This document shows positions 12,408 to 25,689 of a DNA stretch of 64,000 bases, piece after piece (the first letter of the stretch is position 1; every line of letters starts with the position of its first letter). This DNA comes from Camelus dromedarius (lineage: Eukaryota), in the NCBI RefSeq assembly GCF_036321535.1, contig NC_087437.1:83888001-83952000 (forward strand), read 5' to 3'. The notes beneath the pieces were generated by a model. That model had not been told where the DNA came from, searched no databases, and was given only the letters and a program-made list of their open reading frames with translations. The position numbers were made by a program, and so were the translations under genes.

Positions 12408-14559
12408 CTGTGGGTGAAAGGAAAAATAAATTAATTGTTTTTTAACGTTTGAAATCTTTTATCCTGAATCAATTGCTTTGTTCTGAAACTCAGTGATTCC
12501 CCAGCAGTAACAACTGAAGTTGATTCAATTTTAGACATAAAACGATGACAATTTTCCTTTGAGGGGAAATTGACTCCCCCCCAAAGACCACAGTTTTTTT
12601 GTAAAGAGGTACAAGTTACCTAGGGATTATGAGGTGGATTTTGAAACAGTCTGTCTGTGAAGAAACATCGAAGACAAAGTAAGGTATGAAAGACAGCAGG
12701 AAATCAGGCAGGACTGGAGGCTTAATTCCCAGTCACTTGCAAGTAACTGCCAGACCATCTCTCCCCACTAACAGGAACCACAGCTAACTGAACACTCTAG
12801 TCATTCAGGGTCTTTTAAGTGGGCTGTCTTGTCCACCACCTCAGAACAATTCACCTGTGCATATAAGAGACAGTCCACAATATGCTGGTGGTGGGGATAC
12901 ATTAAACTCAGTACTGTTTTTGTATAGTGTTATTGTTCAGTAACTTTATAATGGTGTTTTAATACGGTATTTGAAAAAAAAAAACCCTTTATTTCTATGA
13001 ACAACTCTTCTAAATTCATAGATCAAATTAGGCCACCACGCCCTTGAGTTACAAATCTAAAGACAGAGATTCTCAGAACTGGAAGTGACTTACAAGATCA
13101 TTAACTGAATTACTGATTTGATCCTTAAATTCTATCTATAATATTCCCATCAGGATTTATTTTCACCTTTGTCAGAAAAATCTCTGTTGTTCAAGAGACT
13201 TTCCAGACTAATAAATAACGTTATAAAAATCTATGCACGTGCAGAATGTGTCAAACTGCATTTATTGACTGGTGATGCTTTAAGATTTAAAACTATGAAA
13301 ATAATTTCCCTTAAGCTATTTTTGAGAAAAGAATCCTTTTCTTAAAGATAAATTTTAAGCTGTATGGCCTTTATTTGTCAGAACTTTATATGCTAGATAC
13401 TTATTCTGTGTCAGTTGAGTAACTGAATTCCCCATCTATACCCCAAATAGAACTGTTTATTAAACACAAAGTACAAAGTAATAAATGAATTAACAATAGC
13501 AACATTTTAAGTAGAAAAGACAAAACAAATTGCAACATACATTTATCCCTAGGTAATTTTCAGATTAGAAAGTAAATAAATATCTGCCTACCATAAAATC
13601 CAATGAAATAAAGTCTATAAAATCATTGATGGCAGTCATTATCTGCTAAAAGAAGAGGCTTTCTAAGATCAAGGCCTCTATAATTAGAGGGCTTAACATC
13701 CATATTGCGGACAAAAAAATGTGTACTACTAGAAGAGATAATATTGTTTGTGGGAGAAATTTGCAAAAAACTATTGGATTGTTTATTCTCATATACCAGA
13801 GGAGAATATTCCACCTCTCCCAGAATTTTCTGCAACATGAGAGTTATGGTGTACTTTGAATAGTGCTTCATAATATAAAATTATGACTAAGAGACATTTA
13901 AAATCCTGCAAAAAGAATTTAATTTCATCCTTAAAGAGAGGAGATACAGATTCAAAAATTTACTCTCAGAATGGCCTCATAATAATTACACATTATATCT
14001 TGGTTGCCTCACCTAAAAACATAGCTAAATAGTAATTTCTTACTCAGTAAAGTTACAGGGAGCAAAGGACACCTTTTGCAAATAGCTTATGGCATGTCTG
14101 TTGTTATACAGAAGTGTATGTGTAGCTACATCCCTGGAATAAAAATCACTAAGTAGGAAGTGTGCTTACATGGTTCCTCAACCTAAATCACAGCAGCATG
14201 GTGGCTGCTGCCTTGTCTTACATATTCCCACCTCTGAGAGGGCCAAAGAGAGCTCAGAAAGCAGAGTCAGGGGAGTCCTTCCTTCCAGTGCACAGCAGCC
14301 CTCTCTCCTGCTGTTTTCAAGCTCTACTGTCTAGGAACTTTGGCTAATGGCCTTTCTGCTGACATATCAAAGTAGCTATCACCAGATAGAGACAGTGCTT
14401 TGCCACAGAGCCATCTAGATTGCTTTATTTGCCCAGGTGGGCTCAATTCTGAACATGCTTGAATAGGGTGTGTGTGAAAATTTTTCTAGAGTTTGTACCG
14501 TAACAGAATTGCTATTTGTATGATACTTATGTCTTTAATTTTGCTAGGTAATACATTCC

Positions 14560-14950
14560 ATTGTTCATAAAACTCTATTACATCTGTTTTTCATCTTTGC
14601 TAAATGGTAAAACCCTTTTCTCACTCTTAGCATTATTTATTTTAATACTTTCTTTTTTTTCTTGATCAAACTTTTCCAGAGATTTGAACCAACTTTTGGC
14701 TTTATCTATTGTTTCTTCATTTTCTATTTCACTTAATAAGTGCTCTTATTACAAATTATTTTCTTTCTTCTTTGCGTTAATTATGTTGTCTTTTAACTTC
14801 TTACATTTCATGCTTAACTCACTAATTGTCAGTATATTTTTTCAAATATATTTTAAGTCTATAAATTTCACTCTTAAGTACCACATAACTGTACTCCATA
14901 ACTTTTCATGATACATTGTCAATCAGCTCTAAGTATTCACTAATTTCCAG
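14560..14950 (-). mobile_element. Old LINE-1 fragment
   Basis: T-rich; aaccaacttttggctttat, ttaagtctataaatttcactcttaagtacc motifs. Confidence 0.55.
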
Positions 14951-17900
14951 AAATGCAGTATCTTTTTAGTCTTTGTGGTAGATTTAGGATTATTATTTGT
15001 ACACTTTTAAAGGTCAAGACAGGTTGTCAGGCAGTAAATAAATGACATAAAGTGAAGCTCCCAAGGCATTATCCCACGGGTTGCAAAGCACACTGGACAG
15101 TGGAGGCTCATTGCTGAGAACACTGGCAGTCTTCTGCACTAATGTTTGTTGGCTGAATGTGAAACAGCCTTTGCACTACTTGGATGGGCATGAATAATAG
15201 CACCAATTGTGGAAAAAAAGCATGTAGTAGCAATACATTTTAACATACTGCTATGTATATCATTTCCTAAAATAAATGTGTATACAATTTCTATTTTATA
15301 TATTTGTAGCTACATATATTAAAACAATAGTTCAGAACTAAATAGTGTAAACGCAAGGCATTCATTGTCAAACAGAATATGCACGTATTGTTCTCTAGAG
15401 ATATAAACTTTTACTTCGGGTCTCTTCTCAAGGGCAGATCTTGCAGCTTAGACTCAGGAATTGCTCTTTCCTAGCTGCTGAGAATCTAGGCTTTCCTGGG
15501 AGTCTAATCTTATTGTCACATTGAACCTTTCATTTGCCTAAAATGCTGAATCTAAGCTTGTATCTACTGATGTCAACTCTTCATGTATATATCTCAATGT
15601 CTTTCATTTTTAAACAGTTTACAATTTAAGTCTATTACTCTTAAACATGTTATTTAAGAAAATATTTTAAATCTTCAAATGAATAGATTTTGGTGGTGAG
15701 ATGGGGGAGTTTTTTAATTTTTTGATTTTGTTGTGTGATTTTCAAGGAATAATTCAAAGAATGATGGAAAAATTTTATACTATCTGGTTCCTTCTATAGT
15801 TATTTCAATGTATAGCAATATATATCCCCAAGTAGACTGCTATTTCCTCAAAAATGTGACCTATATTTCCCTTAGAAAACAAAACAAGAAAGCAAAGGAG
15901 TGCTCGATGCATGGTGTTTAATAAATGTCTATGATTGATCTTCACAGAGGAATACCTAGATCACTTAACATGTAGTCACATATCATTGGGAACTGGGCTA
16001 CTAAAACTGCTGCTCCAAAGTAGAAGCACAAATTAGGATGGTTCCAGCTCACAGTGATTCTCCTGTGACCAGATCTAAGTTAACTGCACCACCAGGGGAA
16101 AATGGGGATAGTGTCCCAACAAGCTGATTTCTCCGAAGATAAAAGCTAGCTAGAATGATTAGAGATTTCTCCTCCAATGAGACTGAATCCATGAAGGGAC
16201 GATACAGAGAAAGAACTGCACTGAAGTTGAATAACCTCAGCTTTTCTGGTTGCTGACTTCCAGAGTCTAGGACATTCTGCTCTGCCTTGGATTCTACATT
16301 TTGACACCCATAAATAATCATCAGAGTTGGATTTTGTTGGAGGGAACCAAAAGAGTTGTTTTCTTTTCTCACATTCATTTAAGTACATAAGACAGAGTTT
16401 CTAATTTGGGGCAAGAAGGGGTTAACAAGCTATTTGGTAGGGTGTTCTAAGTAGTGGGTAAGGTGTTCTGAAATATTTTTAGGTAAAAACTGGCTATTGC
16501 TATGATAAAATTATAAATTAAGTGTAAGCAAGAAAAATGTAGAAGTAGATATTCTAAGTACACAACTACTTTCTGACTGCACTTTTAGAGAAGTATCATT
16601 TACCATGGCTATAATTTACTCTAATCAACTCTTGATTATCCCCAGTAACCCAAAATAAGAGATAACCCTAAATCACTTTTAAATGCATTTGTGATTTTTT
16701 TTCTTATATTCCTTCCAATGTGTATCTTGTTTCACCTAAAATGAAAATTAAATGCATTCCTTGAATGTTATATGTTGAGCAATAGTAGGAGATGGCCTCA
16801 AAGTACACCTGATGGGAGAATGATACAGACCTAGAATTAAGCATTCACAATTGATTTTCAGAAAACAGATAACTTATAAGTAGATAACTGACTGCTTGAA
16901 ATAGTGGTTAAATTTACTGTTAGGGAGAATGGCTAAATTATTACAATGCGACCTTTACAAAACTACTAGTGCTAGGATGAGTCCAGTGGTGTCCTAGTTG
17001 TAGTCAATTCACCTATGAAAAATGCAAAGATTATACCACTTCAAAGGGTCAGGCTTTTCGTAAGAAAAAAAGCAAAATAACATGTAAAATCCTTTTACAG
17101 GCTCCAGCAGATGTGTTTAGTATTATTTCTTTCTTTTAGGAGTCATTATCAATAGGTGGTACATTTAATCTAGGGCAATAACAGGCTTGTGCATTGAGGT
17201 AATTCTGCAGATGCTGTGAGAGGTCTTTCAAAAAATTTTGTATGTGTTTTGCTTGCCTGTTAACCTTTATATTTTCACTGCTTAATGCAGTGTGCTTAGC
17301 ATTGTAGGCTCCCATGATATATTAGCCAAATATATTGAATAAAGAAATTAATGAATTAATTGCTCTATAAGTTTAGCTTTTAAATTATACATATTGTTAT
17401 AGCAATTTAAAATTAGTTTGCATAAATTAATGGTAATTCAAATGAGAGATGAGAAAAATTGTTTAGCTGGCTTATGGTACTTCCACAATCAAAGTGCAAT
17501 AATATTATGTCAGTATAGCTGGCTTGTTTTCTTTGGAACATTGTGGGGAAAAGCCAAAATTTTACTTGCCAAAAAATGTTTTGCAAAACGGTATGCTTAA
17601 AAAAACTAAGATTTGTGCTGAAATATCTTTTAATACATATTTTAAAAAATATTTATTCACTTTTAATTTTCCCATCTGTCTTCATGTAACCTACCTTTGT
17701 ACAGACGGGATATAGAGATTTCTTCTGTGTTCTATTACTCTATAAATATCTATAATGGTGTATAGCTATTCTCTCAGTATAGCTCAAAAATTTCTTAATG
17801 ATTTTCTTAAAGTATATCACAGACAAACAACAACTTTAAATTCATCATTCATTCTTAAGGATTTTGATAACCTATAAGAATTATAAAAACATGCATAAAT

Positions 17901-20032
17901 TTGGTAATAAAAAATAACATACAGATAGAAAAAAGGAGGGAATATATGTAGAATAAAATATATATTTAAAATTCATATTTACCTAAGTATTGAGGATAGA
18001 TAAAATTATTTTATCTAAAATGGGAGAAATGATAGGAAACAATCGTTATAAGAATATTTGAGAGTTACATTTGGTTTAAACTAAACATTTTTAGAAAAGT
18101 TTACAAATTCCTGCTTATGTCAAATAGTTTGGGTCAAATATTAAAATAGCTACATAAAAGCTAGTTAAAAATCAACATTTATCATAAAATTAGGATAGTT
18201 ATCAATAAATGCCACTGAGAGAAAAAAATACATGGCATCTTTGGAAACATTAATATACATATGTTGACATCTTCAAACATATATGGTATTCCAATTGTCA
18301 AACTGAAAGTTTTTGGTTAAATCATTGGAAGAATATGGCTGAATGGAGTGGCAAAAAACTAGAAAGGCAACACATGCACTGTGCTTGATTAATTCTTCCT
18401 AATTGTGGAATGTGGATTAGAAAATAAAACTAGAAGTAATAACATGTTTTTTATAAAAGAAAAATATAGAGGAGTTATATTTTTTCACAACGGCACTCAC
18501 TGAATTATATGATAGGTAGGAAAAATAAAGAAGAGCAGAGAATAAGTGTTTAAAAATGAAATAACTAGACAGGAAATGCAAGTGCCTGGCCTCCAAAACT
18601 GCTCCTTCATTGCTAGATATTCTGACAGAATTAAAGTAAATAATAAGGAAGGTAAGATTTATAGATAAGAATACTAAGAGTAATAAAGAAGGCAGAATTT
18701 CACTAGAGTGAAATGGCAGTAGAATATTTTTTAAAAATGCTCTGTGGAAAAATCTCCACTGAAAAACAGTATCATTTGTGAATACCAGGTAAAGTCTTAA
18801 CATTTGTCCAAATCAGCCACAGAACATGGTGTTATAAGAGCTGCTTCTTGCAAAGAAAAGGAGGCAGAAATTCATTTAAATATACATGCATGAGAATGCC
18901 TCAGTCTCATTTAGAATAGGAAGAGGACTCTTTCTGAAGATTTATTTTTCATTTTTAGCTTTCCATGTAAATGTATTTTGTCACCATGGTGAAATTTTAA
19001 TTTTTTGTTATATTTGGTGATGGGTCTTTATTGTGATCTGATGACAACTATATTTGTTTTGTTCAAAACTGAAACAAAAATATCTGTTAAAATTGGTCTA
19101 CAAAGCTACAAAGCATAATTTAGATTTCAAGGAATACAGCCCCATCCCCTCAAAAGAGAGATTTTAAACTTAAAGCTTTCTTTGTAAGTGGTATCATCTT
19201 GACTTGAAAAGCATCCCATTATACTCCAAATAACTCAGTATTTTCAGTTAATGATCTAAAGCAGTCACTGGCTTTGAATCTTCTCAGAGGACTGGTGATA
19301 TTAAGATGTGCAACAAGTGAATGCCTCAAGATTTATAATAAAATACAATAAAATATAGATTTACCAAGATACTGTGACTAGAAATGGAATAATATCTCAT
19401 CACTGAAACAAAATAAGTAATATAATACTAGTAAACAGATTGTAGCTTCCCATAGACCACACACACAGAGAAACACCCTATATAAACTAGTTTTCAAATC
19501 AAATTAGAAAGAGAAAAAATTACCTACCACAAGGCAGTAAGTTAAATTTAGGGTAAAAGAAAATATAACCTGGACCACAGTGAAGAAGCCTCTGTTCTTT
19601 GGTTATGGTTACAATGTTGCCCATTTTAAGTATTTATGCAGTTTGTACTTGGGGAATTTCTGGTGTTAGTAATGGACACTTTTTCCTTGGACACGCACAA
19701 GTCTCCTTATTTTCAACTTAGATAATTTGATCTGTATAATTTTATTTTATTTGTAATGAACATATTGGCACAACCCAATGTATATTGCAGATTCAAAGAA
19801 CTGAAAACTTTCTCAGTGAAAGTTGTTTTTTTGGTTTTACTTTCATAAATTTACTACTTTTTTTTTACCCTGTAATATCTCCAGACACAATTACATAGAC
19901 TGAATTTTTAAAATTTCATATACATTCAAAATTAATAAATCTGTTTTGACCTAGTACTGAAGAAATTTATTTTTAAATTAGTACAATTAGAAACAAAGCA
20001 TATAATGTAATGTTATGTTGACCTAAAGTCAA

Positions 20033-20570
20033 GTAGTACAGTGAGTTAAAGATGGTGGCTAGTTCTTTTACACTCCTCTCAACGAAGAGTCAGGTCTGTG
20101 TCGCTGCCCCTTGAATCTGGTCTAGCCTGTGACTGATATGACCAATAAAGAGGTTACTTGCCCAGTCCCTAAGAAAACTGGCAATTTCCACTTCTGGCTT
20201 GGGGCTCTGCATTGCAGTCTAAGATGTATGACTAGCCTGACTGTCAAACTATGTAGACTCCCAAGATAGCCACATGGAGGAATCTTGGAGAGTGGAGTGG
20301 AGAGGTGGGAGAGGAGAGAGGGAGGGGAGGGAGAAAGGGATGATGATGCGACCTTATGCACAGCCATTCCTCAGGTGTCCCAGTCCCTAGCCTATTTCCT
20401 ATCATCCTAACTGGGGTCCCAGAAATTGTGGGGCAGAGATGGCTGCTCCTGCTGGGTCCTGTTCAAGTATCTGACCCACAGCTTCATGAGATGTAATACT
20501 TATGAATTGTTATTTTTAAGCCACTACATTATGGGGGTAGTCCGTTGTACTGGAAGAGGTAACTGAAACA
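20033..20570 (+). mobile_element. MaLR LTR (MLT1-type)
   Basis: aaagatgg...ccccttgaatctgg start and ttttaagccactacatt...gtaactgaaaca end. Confidence 0.7.
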
Positions 20571-20584
20571 AATAGATTGACCAT

Positions 20585-21084
20585 TGATAAAAGAAAACTT
20601 CACATATTGAGATATAGGGAAGTCATTATGGCTTAAATATATATGAGTTAACTTAAATTTTATGCTAACTAAAATAGCCTGCTTGTGGCCTATCAAACAT
20701 ACACTGTATATCTGCTTTAATTATTAAAGAAAAGGGCATACTGACCAAAAGTAAAATTTATCCCAGTTAAATATTAAATGCTCCTCTTCCTGGAGCACCA
20801 ATCACCACTTTGATGATAAGACGCCCTTCCCAGGTACCAAGTCCATATTGACTTGCTGTGTACGTGCTAAGTGCTGGTCTGTTATTTTATTTTATTTTTT
20901 TTTACCTTTGAAGAAATGTAACCCTAACTTGTTTAATGTTCTTTGTTCTAACAAGATATAAAACTGTGCTGAAAACCCTGCTTCTCCAGAGCAGTTTCTC
21001 AGAGTAATCTAGTCCTCAGTTTGGCTCAAGTAAAATTCTTTTATATTCTTATTATTGATTGCTTATTGATTATTTTCATTGACA
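20585..21084 (+). mobile_element. ERV1-class solo LTR, 500 bp
   Basis: TG...CA termini with exact 4-bp TSD ccat (20581-20584 / 21085-21088); internal CCAAT (caccaatc), TATA (gatataaaa) and agtaaa poly(A)-like signal in LTR order. Confidence 0.75.
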
Positions 21085-21394
21085 CCATTAACCTGCATTT
21101 CACAGACTTCAACTAATATGGAAAAGTTTTGATTCTATTTTTTGTCACTAGATTGGCTGATGGTATTTTGAAGATTCTGTCTTAACATATAAAACTTAAT
21201 CAACTTAAACATTTCAATTATCTAATTTTTTTTGAAAAATCAGATAATTTTTAAGCCTGAAATGACAGGTTAAAGTAGTCAAAATAAATCAATTAGAGGT
21301 ATAAACAGAACATATACAGCTAAAATCTTTTAATGTTAACACCTCATAGTACTTAATGTTGCAGCCTCTATAAGCACTCCCAATACCCAGAAAA

Positions 21395-21535
21395 TCCTGT
21401 TACTCTGTGAGGCCTTACAAATGACAAGACTGAGATACTCAATAAATTGGTCACTCAATAAGTTGGTGATAGAGCTGGGATTTGAATCCAGGGAGTCCAG
21501 CTCTGGATTCTGTGCTGCCACTTATTACGCTATAT
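21395..21535 (-). mobile_element. MIR SINE fragment
   Basis: gactgagatactc...agagctgggatttgaatccagggagtccagctc. Confidence 0.6.
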
Positions 21536-24500
21536 AGCTTCCAATACCAAGTATCTCAATACAGACACATATCATTAGAAACTTTATATATTAAGTATGT
21601 TACAGTTTATATTCCCTTTTTACTAATATATTGACAAACACAGAGGAAAAGAAAAAAGTTAATCTATATTTTATATATTACAAATAATCCACAATCCTAA
21701 TCAGAGTATAAGAACATCTGATGTTCAAAGTGCTCAGTCTAACAAATGTGTACATAGATTATATTTTGTTACTATTTCATGGGATTTCATACCACTGGTG
21801 GGCTCCAGACAAGTATTTACTTCCTCTTTTTATAATATAAGGCAAGAGACTCATTAGCAAGAATGAAACTGTTATTTCTTTTATCACAACAATTAAAATT
21901 AGTATCTAAGCTCATCTATGAAGGCAAACTAGAAATAGTAAGCCAAACTAATTTCTTTATTTGAACATTCTTCAACATTTCCATCATAGTGAGTTTAGGA
22001 AGATATCTGTGCTACAGATCAAAAAACTAAGAGCTTCTCAAGGCTTTACACTGAGTATACTAATTCTGTTATAGTTTGAACAGGATATTCTACATTCAGT
22101 GATAAACTGATGAACTTACTAATTAAAACACTGAATTGGAATTTGGAGATACAGTGCTGTCTTTCTGTGACTCACAGACAGAGGAACTTGAGCATGTCAT
22201 AATATTACAGAGCCACAGCATAGTCAGATTAAAAAATCAACAAAACCCCTCAGCTCCATCCACCTCACAATACAGTTCTGATGTGTCAAATAAGAATGCA
22301 CACAAAAGTGAATTCTAAACTGGAACTGGAGCATCCTCGTCAAATACAAGATGGAATGATTATTGTTGTCGATGTTGTTAAATAGATGTCTATGTAGTTG
22401 GTGGGAACATCTGTCACTTAGACTAAGACATAACATTTTAATAATGAATTATATTCTGAGTTAGTGAATGGGAACTGCATTGGTTATTTAGTAAATTAAT
22501 CACTCACAATTATAGAAACTTTCATATTTTAATTCCATGTCGGTGAAGCTACTAGAATAAGTCAGCTGAATGCCCAGGAGTCTGATCCTTACATGATTAG
22601 TGGTGCAGTTGAATCCGTGGGTGAGAATAATGCCAGTGTCTAAAAATTTCTTCAGATGACATATCCTCCTTTAGAGTTAGTTACTTGGGCCTCAAGTCAA
22701 TCATTTACATTTGTGGGCGGGACCAGTTGACTAGTTATTAATGTAGCTCTCATTGGTACAATGGCACCATGTTGAGATTAAAAAGAGGATTTATAATAAT
22801 CCTGAATGTGACATGTTTCAGGAACTAAGAGGCACTATACCTCTGTCAGCTACCTCCACCTATTTGCTATGCATAGCAGTAAAAAAAAAAACCACTGTGC
22901 TAACCAACAATTGAACTAAGTTGTCAGAAAGACTACATGGCAGTTTTTTAAAAATATGGGGCTGTTAAATATGCTAAAGTAAAAATGTTATGATGCATGA
23001 TCCACTAAATAGGAGGAAAATTACCAAGAAGTTGTTGATAGCAGCAGCTGTAATAGCTGTACACATTCAGGCATAACTAAATTAGAAAGATTTCATCCAT
23101 CCACCTGCTGTGATCTACTCCACGAAATCACAAGAATCGAGGGACATATGGAAATAATGATTGCATTGATTGCCTTCTTTAAATGTCCTTGTGTGAAATA
23201 GAAGGATCAAACACAGGGTCTGGGAGCAATTTGCCTTTGCCAACTGAAATGTAGCCAAAAACAATTAATTTATATTGCACTCAACCATGAAGAACTGCAG
23301 AATACTTCCTCAGCTAAAACTTCACATTTTGTAATTACAGACTTAATGATTTTCTCTTACTAAAGGCTTAAGGAGTATCTAAATTAATTATAATATTTTT
23401 ACTTTTTAAATCATTCTGTGGAAATGTTGATATTTCTAACAATATTTAAGTCATTAGTTTCTAATTAAAATATACAGATACATATAGCAACATAAACCTG
23501 TTTTTTCAGCATGTACACATTGAGACAAAATTTTAAGAATCAGCTATCTAAAGAAACTCAAGTAGTATAAATATTCACCAAGAAAGTTAAAGACATTAAA
23601 GAAAAACAACTTTTCAAATGTTAAAACGCTAGTAATAATGAACTTTTCTACTTTTCCACTGATATATTCAAGTAAATGGGCAGATGTCTATCCTTATTTA
23701 TTTTCCCCTAAAAAACCAGATCAGTATGAATTCTACAAGGTCACTGCAAATAACATGATATTAAAACACAGCCAAATTCTGTAGCAACATAAATGTTTTT
23801 ATGAGCAGTAGGTGTATTCTTTGAAAGACTGTAAAGCTATTAACAGCTCAGTAAGGAGTACATAATAATAGGCCATTAACTCAGCCTCCCTTAGAAGAGT
23901 ACTGAGGAAGGACATTTTGAAACCATTAAGATAAATGCATTTTAAAAAGTAGCCAATATGAATGCTTTATGAAGAGAGGTTCATTTAAACTTTATCTCAT
24001 TAAAATAATGAATTTCTTGATTTGAATACACTCATTCAAAAGACTTAATTACTCTGAATAAAAATCAAATCATAATTTTGAAACCAAATATGTTCTAGTC
24101 AAAAGTACTCGAAAATGAAATCTAAGTTATTTTATTTTTTGCAAGTTCCAGAATTTATTCCAACACAAATCCACAATACCTAGCACAGGTATCTGCCATC
24201 TAAGAGTTTAGTAAGCCTTTTTTCATGAATGAATGCATGATGTCCTAAGATATTTTATAAATTTTTGACATTTGTTGCTTACCTTAGAAAAATTATTTGT
24301 GATTTGACTCCGATGAGGATACTTCTAGGTATCTGTTTGAGTCAGAGAAGTTTTGGTTTTATTAGTTTATTGGAACTGTTTTCTTCTATAGTTGCCTCAC
24401 TCATTAAATCATTTGAAATTTTCTTTAAATTTAAAAAGAATGAGGATATTAAAATGTTTCTGGTTACAGGTTATTTGAGGCATAGACTATTTTATGATGC

Positions 24501-25009
24501 CCAATAAACTACATCTACTTTTTAATTTTTTATTGTTTTGAATAAGAATTTTATAATGAATTATTTAATTTGATTTGGATATAAAATCATGCAATATTTG
24601 AAAATTAATAAAAATAGAGTAAAACATATTTACTTTTATTTTTTTCCTTCCCTGCCTCAAATTCATGCTTCAGTGAAATAAACAAAACTACACATCAGAA
24701 TGGCAGAGTTATTTAATAAAAATGTTGGAGTAATTTACTTTGGCATCGAGGATTATTTTTCATAGTCCTTATTGTGAAAGTAAAGAATAAAGGATAAAGT
24801 TGAGAAAAGAATACGTACATCATTTTAAAATAGTATTTTCTTAATATAAAGAGTTTGAGAGAGCTGAAGAAGTAAACATTTTTGTTTTTGTAATTTCCTC
24901 ACTTGGCAGCAGCAGTTTGACTTAGAAGATCATTTCCCAAAGAGTTTTCTATGAAACATTATTTCCAAGGAATGTATCGTTATGGCTAAAGAGAAAAACG
25001 TCTTATGAT

Positions 25010-25385
25010 TGTGTAAGTTTGAATCTTCTGGGAAGCAGACTGAAAGTGATGGTGAAAGTGAAGATATTTATGGAGGAAAATACCTGTACAGGGTAAATCT
25101 GTGTAAGGAAAGGGATCAAGTAGGCAAGGAGAGCTTTCAGATCACAGTGCATGTCTGATTCCTGTGAAAAGAGAGAAGTGAAGAAATAGGATTGGGTTGA
25201 AAATGCCTCAGCACAACCCTGAAAGTCTTGGCCAGACATTTGGGAGCCTCAAACAGGTTTTGCATTTGTCAAGAAAGGCCTGGCGCTAGTACCAGGGGCT
25301 CAGGAAGAACGATGGAAACTAAGGGGAAACTCCCTGCAGCAGTTTCCCAAAGGGAGATATTGTGCACTCTCACGGCCGCCACCAA
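25010..25385 (-). mobile_element. ERVL-class LTR fragment
   Basis: tgtaagtttgaatcttctgggaagcagactga is the reverse complement of the ERVL-type LTR terminus. Confidence 0.5.
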
Positions 25386-25689
25386 GGTCAAATAAACTTG
25401 GAAAGCACTAGGTTAAATAAAATTAAGTAGGTTAATTAAGCAGGTTTTCCCTGAGCATTTAATTATTCCCATGTGCTTTGTTAAACTACAGAGGTGGAAG
25501 TATACATGCTGAATTTTCCAAATTGACTTGATACAACCCTATGGTGATTTAAAAAACCACCTATGGAGACTAGCTCTAGAGCACATAGTTTGGGAAATAT
25601 TAGTTTAAAATATACTAAATTAATACAAATTCTGAGCTATCAGGAGCAATGGCACACAAACTATTTTCTGTCTCAACGATACTATTAAC

